From Verrucomicrobiota bacterium (lineage in GTDB: Bacteria > Verrucomicrobiota > Verrucomicrobiia > Limisphaerales > UBA11358), in NCBI GenBank assembly GCA_028873125.1, contig JAGWMQ010000002.1, positions 15,124-79,123 of the forward strand: DNA of 64,000 nucleotides, in the 5' to 3' direction. Shown here one piece after another: positions 60,501-64,000 of this stretch. The notes below the pieces were generated by a model. It was not told the origin of the DNA, searched no databases, and saw only the letters and a list, made by a program, of their open reading frames with translations. The position numbers were made by a program, and so were the translations under genes. Within the stretch, counting starts at the first letter, position 1, and each line of letters opens with the position of its first letter.

Positions 60501-60643
60501 GGCAAATAAAACCCTGTGTCAAGGAGAACACAAGCAAAAATGACGCCTTGCAACCAGAACAAGCGGTGCTCGGGAAGGGGGCCAATCCGCAAAAGTCGGC
60601 TTTTTTCACAGGTCTCACAATCCATTCACATCGGCTTCCAGAC

Positions 60644-61792
60644 TTATTTGGCCTGTTGTGCACGGGACACAACCTTCGGCAGCGCTTTGCAGGCAACGGC
60701 CGCCTCTTCCATGGTTGACTCGCGTCCCAAGGAGAATCGGACGAGGGAATTCGCCAACTCCTTTTTCCCGATTGCCGCGATCACATGGGAAGGCTCCAGC
60801 GAACCGGCCGAACACGCCGAGCCGCTGGACGCACAGACGCCCTCCATGTCCAGACCGGCGAGCAGGGCGATGCTGTCGGTGCCCTGGACGACAAACGAAA
60901 CGGTGTTGGACAGGCCGTTCCAGCGTGAACCGACCAACTCGGCGCCTTCAATCTCTTCGATGGCCGAACGAAGTTGCAGCCTAAGCTTTGTGAGTTTGTC
61001 CTTTTCAAAAACAGGCGGCTTCAGGAACCGTTCCAGTGCTTCGACTAAGCCGGTGATGCCCGCTAGGTTCTCCGTTCCCGCCCGCCGCTCGTTTTCGTGT
61101 CCGCCCCCGAACAAAACCGGGTCGGGATGAAGCGGCGACCTTATGAACAGCAGGCCCGCGCCCTTTGGTCCGTGAAATTTATGGGCGCAGAGGGAAACCA
61201 GATCAGCGCTGAACCGGCCAATCTCCTCAAACGGCTCCTTGCCGAACCACTGGACCGCGTCAGTGTGGAAGACAATCCCGCGTTCGCGACAAATCGCGCC
61301 CAACTCGGCCACCGGCTGGAGGGTGCCAATCTCATTATTGGCGGCCATGATGGAGACCAGCCCCGTGTCCGCGCGGATGGCCCGGTCCAAGTCCTCCGGC
61401 GAAACGCGGCCCTCCGCGTCCACGGGCAGCCGCGTCACCTCGAAGCCTTCCTTTTTTTCGAGATAATCGAAGCAATGCAACACCGCGTGGTGCTCGATGG
61501 ACGAGGTGATCAGGTGCCTTCCCTTGGACTTGAGGAGCCGGGCCGTTCCGAAAATCGCCAGGTTGTTGCTTTCAGTTCCGCCGCTGGTGAACACAATCTC
61601 GCCCGGCTTGGCGCCCAGGACTTTCGCCGCCCGGTCGCGGGCCTCATCGAGCAGCGCCCGGGCTTTTCTCCCGACATGGTGGACGGAGGACGGATTGCCC
61701 CAGACCTTGTCGAGGAACGGCAGCATCGCCTCGCGCACCCCCGGATCCAGCGGCGTCGTGGCGTTGTAATCAAAATAGATCGTGCGCGGCAT
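60644..61792 (-). CDS. Cysteine desulfurase (NifS/IscS family)
   Basis: Has YFDYNATTPLDP, the PLP-lysine context SLCAHKFHGPKG and the catalytic loop SSGSACSAGS. Confidence 0.88.
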   Translation of the reverse strand: MPRTIYFDYNATTPLDPGVREAMLPFLDKVWGNPSSVHHVGRKARALLDEARDRAAKVLGAKPGEIVFTSGGTESNNLAIFGTARLLKSKGRHLITSSIEHHAVLHCFDYLEKKEGFEVTRLPVDAEGRVSPEDLDRAIRADTGLVSIMAANNEIGTLQPVAELGAICRERGIVFHTDAVQWFGKEPFEEIGRFSADLVSLCAHKFHGPKGAGLLFIRSPLHPDPVLFGGGHENERRAGTENLAGITGLVEALERFLKPPVFEKDKLTKLRLQLRSAIEEIEGAELVGSRWNGLSNTVSFVVQGTDSIALLAGLDMEGVCASSGSACSAGSLEPSHVIAAIGKKELANSLVRFSLGRESTMEEAAVACKALPKVVSRAQQAK

Positions 61793-61963
61793 GGAGCAAT
61801 TATCGAAAATGGGCGGGGCGCCGACGAGCCAAAACGGGGCTGTGCAAAACTTGTCCAAAAGACGGCAAGGAATGGTGAGCCGCCCGCCGTTGGTCTGTTA
61901 GGGTGTCGAAGAGGCTGATGGATTTGGGGCCGGCCCCTGACCGGTGGGCGGGTCGTCGCGACG

Positions 61964-62254
61964 ATGGCAATGAAGCAAATGGCAAAAACAACCGAGCAAC
62001 GGCTGGACGAGCTCCCGCCCGGGACCTGCGCCGTCGTTCGGCGCATTGACACCGAAAGCGAGGGGGTGCAGCGGCTCAAGGCGCTGGGCATCTGTCTTGG
62101 ACGGCGGGTGGAAGTGCTCAAGACCGGCGATCCGCTCATCGTCAAGGTGTTCGGCTCGCGCATCGGCCTGTCGGCGTCTCTGGCCGCGCAGGTGTGGCTG
62201 GAGCGGTGCCGGCCGGGGGATTGCCAGGATCCAGCCACGTCAAAAACGGGCTAA
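61964..62254 (+). CDS. feoA: FeoA-family protein
   Basis: The SH3-like sequence is LDELPPGTCAVVRRI...QRLKALGICLGRRVEVLKTGDPLIV. It lies directly upstream of feoB. Confidence 0.8.
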   Translation: MAMKQMAKTTEQRLDELPPGTCAVVRRIDTESEGVQRLKALGICLGRRVEVLKTGDPLIVKVFGSRIGLSASLAAQVWLERCRPGDCQDPATSKTG

Positions 62255-62308
62255 CTTTCCGCAACCCGCCGCAAGCCGGCATCAGCCAAAAATGCTAAAA
62301 TTGCGAAG

Positions 62309-64000
62309 ATGAGCGCGGCCCTTGACCTAATGCCCAACGCCCCAAGCGCCGGCGTCCGCGACGCCCCGGCCAACGGGCTGGCGCCGTCGTGCCGTTGCGA
62401 GGAGAAACCCGCGCCGCCACGCCCCGGGCCGCGCGCCTTCACGCTCGCCCTGGTGGGCAATCCCAACGCGGGCAAGACGACGCTGTTCAACGCGCTGACC
62501 GGTCTGCGCGCCAGGACCGCCAATTTTTCCGGCACCACCGTGGAGCGCAAGGTCGGGCGGCTGCAAACCGGCGGGCGGTCGGTCGAGCTGATGGATTTGC
62601 CGGGGCTTTACACCTTGGACAGCACCGCGCCGGAGGAAAAACTGGCCAGCGACGCGCTTCAGGGGCGTCTGAACGGCCTGGCTGCGCCGGACGCGGCGCT
62701 GGTGGTTGCCGACGCGACCAATCTTGAACGGAGCCTCTTCCTGGTCAGCCAGACGCTGGAACTCAAACGTCCGGTCATCGTCGCGCTGAACATGATGGAC
62801 ATGGCCGCGCGCGAAGGCATCCACATTGACGTCGCCAAGCTCCGCGCGGAACTGGGTTGCGCCGTGGTCCCGATCGCGGCCCGCACCGGCAGGGGCATGG
62901 ACGAACTGCGGCGCGAGATCGCCCGGCTCGCCGGGGGCGCCCCGGCCAAGGTCGCCGCCCTCTTCAAGTCGCACTGCGCCCTCGGCTGTGACGGCTGTCC
63001 CTACCAGGCGCGTTATGCCTGGACGGAGGCCCTTTCCGGCCGGGTCATGAACGCCGGCGCGGCGCGCCGTTCGGCGCGGACGGAAAAAATTGACCGCGTG
63101 TTGACGCATCCGCTGGCGGGCGTGGTGGTTTTCCAGGTCGTCATGGTTCTGGTCTTCGCCCTGATTTTCTGGGCGGCGCAAATTCCCATGGACCTGATCA
63201 GCGGGCTGTTTGCCACCGTCGGGGGCTGGATGGCCGCGCATACGCCGGCGGGCGATCTGCAGAGCCTGCTGGTCAACGGCGTCATCGGCGGCGTCGGCGG
63301 CGTGCTCGTGTTTCTGCCCCAGATTTGCATCCTGTTCTTCGCCCTGTCGCTGCTCGAAGACACCGGCTACCTGTCGCGCGCCGCCTTTGTGATGGACAAA
63401 ATCATGCGGCGGCTGGGATTGCCGGGCAAGGCCTTCCTGCCGTTACTCTCGGCCCACGCTTGCGCCATCCCGGCCATCATGTCCACGCGCGTGATCGAAA
63501 ATCCGCGGGACCGGCTGGTCACCATTCTGATCACGCCGCTGCTGACCTGTTCGGCGCGGATTCCGGTGTATGCCATGGTCACGGCGCTGCTGTTCCCGCA
63601 CTCGCCGGTCAAGGCGGCGCTGGTCTTCACCGGGGCTTACGTCACCGGCGCCGTGGCGGCGCTGCTGGCGGCGGTGGTCTTCAACCGCACCATTTTGCCG
63701 GGCGGCAGCAAGCCGTTGTTGATTGAACTGCCGCCGTATCGCCTGCCCAGCCTGCGCACCGCCCTGCTCCAGACGCTCGACCGCGCGAAAATCTTCGTCA
63801 AACAGGCCGGCACGATCATCCTGGCGGTCTCCATCGTCCTCTGGGCGCTGGCCCATTACCCAAAATCCGCGCCGCCGGCCGCCGCCGTGGCTTTGGCGAT
63901 CCAGGCGGCGCAACTGGAAAAATCCGGCGACGATGGAAAGGCCTCCGAGTTGCGCGCCGCCGCCGCCCGCCTGACCGATCAATTTTCCCTGCAACATTCC
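62309..64000 (+). CDS. feoB: Ferrous iron transporter FeoB (partial; continues past the window end)
   Basis: I translated this by hand because it is absent from the supplied ORF track. The G-domain has LVGNPNAGKTTLFNALTG and DLPG, and the membrane domain has FLPQICILFFALSLLEDTGYLSRAAFVMDKIMRRLGLPGKAFLPLLSAHACAIPAIM. The frame is open from ATG 62309 to 64000. Confidence 0.88.
   Translation, partial: MSAALDLMPNAPSAGVRDAPANGLAPSCRCEEKPAPPRPGPRAFTLALVGNPNAGKTTLFNALTGLRARTANFSGTTVERKVGRLQTGGRSVELMDLPGLYTLDSTAPEEKLASDALQGRLNGLAAPDAALVVADATNLERSLFLVSQTLELKRPVIVALNMMDMAAREGIHIDVAKLRAELGCAVVPIAARTGRGMDELRREIARLAGGAPAKVAALFKSHCALGCDGCPYQARYAWTEALSGRVMNAGAARRSARTEKIDRVLTHPLAGVVVFQVVMVLVFALIFWAAQIPMDLISGLFATVGGWMAAHTPAGDLQSLLVNGVIGGVGGVLVFLPQICILFFALSLLEDTGYLSRAAFVMDKIMRRLGLPGKAFLPLLSAHACAIPAIMSTRVIENPRDRLVTILITPLLTCSARIPVYAMVTALLFPHSPVKAALVFTGAYVTGAVAALLAAVVFNRTILPGGSKPLLIELPPYRLPSLRTALLQTLDRAKIFVKQAGTIILAVSIVLWALAHYPKSAPPAAAVALAIQAAQLEKSGDDGKASELRAAAARLTDQFSLQHS

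Overview
This is a high-GC bacterial chromosomal window, roughly 60-67% GC by hand count of sample lines. It shows hallmarks of the PVC superphylum (Verrucomicrobiota/Planctomycetota-like): prepilin-type H-X9-DG proteins, a Tat-exported sulfatase, DUF481 and GYF_2 membrane proteins, and many long antisense shadow ORFs. I can support about 55 protein genes. Most are housekeeping: pgl, comEC, folB, nadA, pdxH, pilT, the sulfate ABC operon, tgt, yebC, thrS, topB, dprA, eno, pheA, pgsA, apgM, ygfZ, dnaN, a NifS-like desulfurase and feoAB. I recognised no rRNA gene, tRNA gene or CRISPR array. The main anomaly is in thrS. Its catalytic core carries an in-frame 226-codon insertion that encodes a complete HUH/Y1 (REP-associated tyrosine transposase-like) domain. 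The insertion is bracketed by inverted doublets of a 44-nt REP-like unit, and that unit recurs in the intergenic region downstream of comEC. In other words, a REPtron-like element sits inside an essential gene and is translated as part of it. Other notable points follow. (1) A CzcCBA-type efflux operon lies between an intact dprA 3' end and a displaced 88-bp copy of that 3' end. (2) A HAD-Nudix fusion is tightly coupled to folB. (3) Two tandem H-X9-DG prepilin-like paralogs share conserved 44-residue leaders. (4) A small conserved ORF is interrupted by an in-frame TAG. (5) A structured sRNA candidate ends in an intrinsic terminator. (6) A perfect DnaA box lies upstream of a dnaN that has no adjacent dnaA. 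(7) feoB runs off the window end and is missing from the supplied ORF track. All calls rest on motif recognition from memory; no searches were run. Start codons are uncertain by design because GTG and TTG starts are common here.
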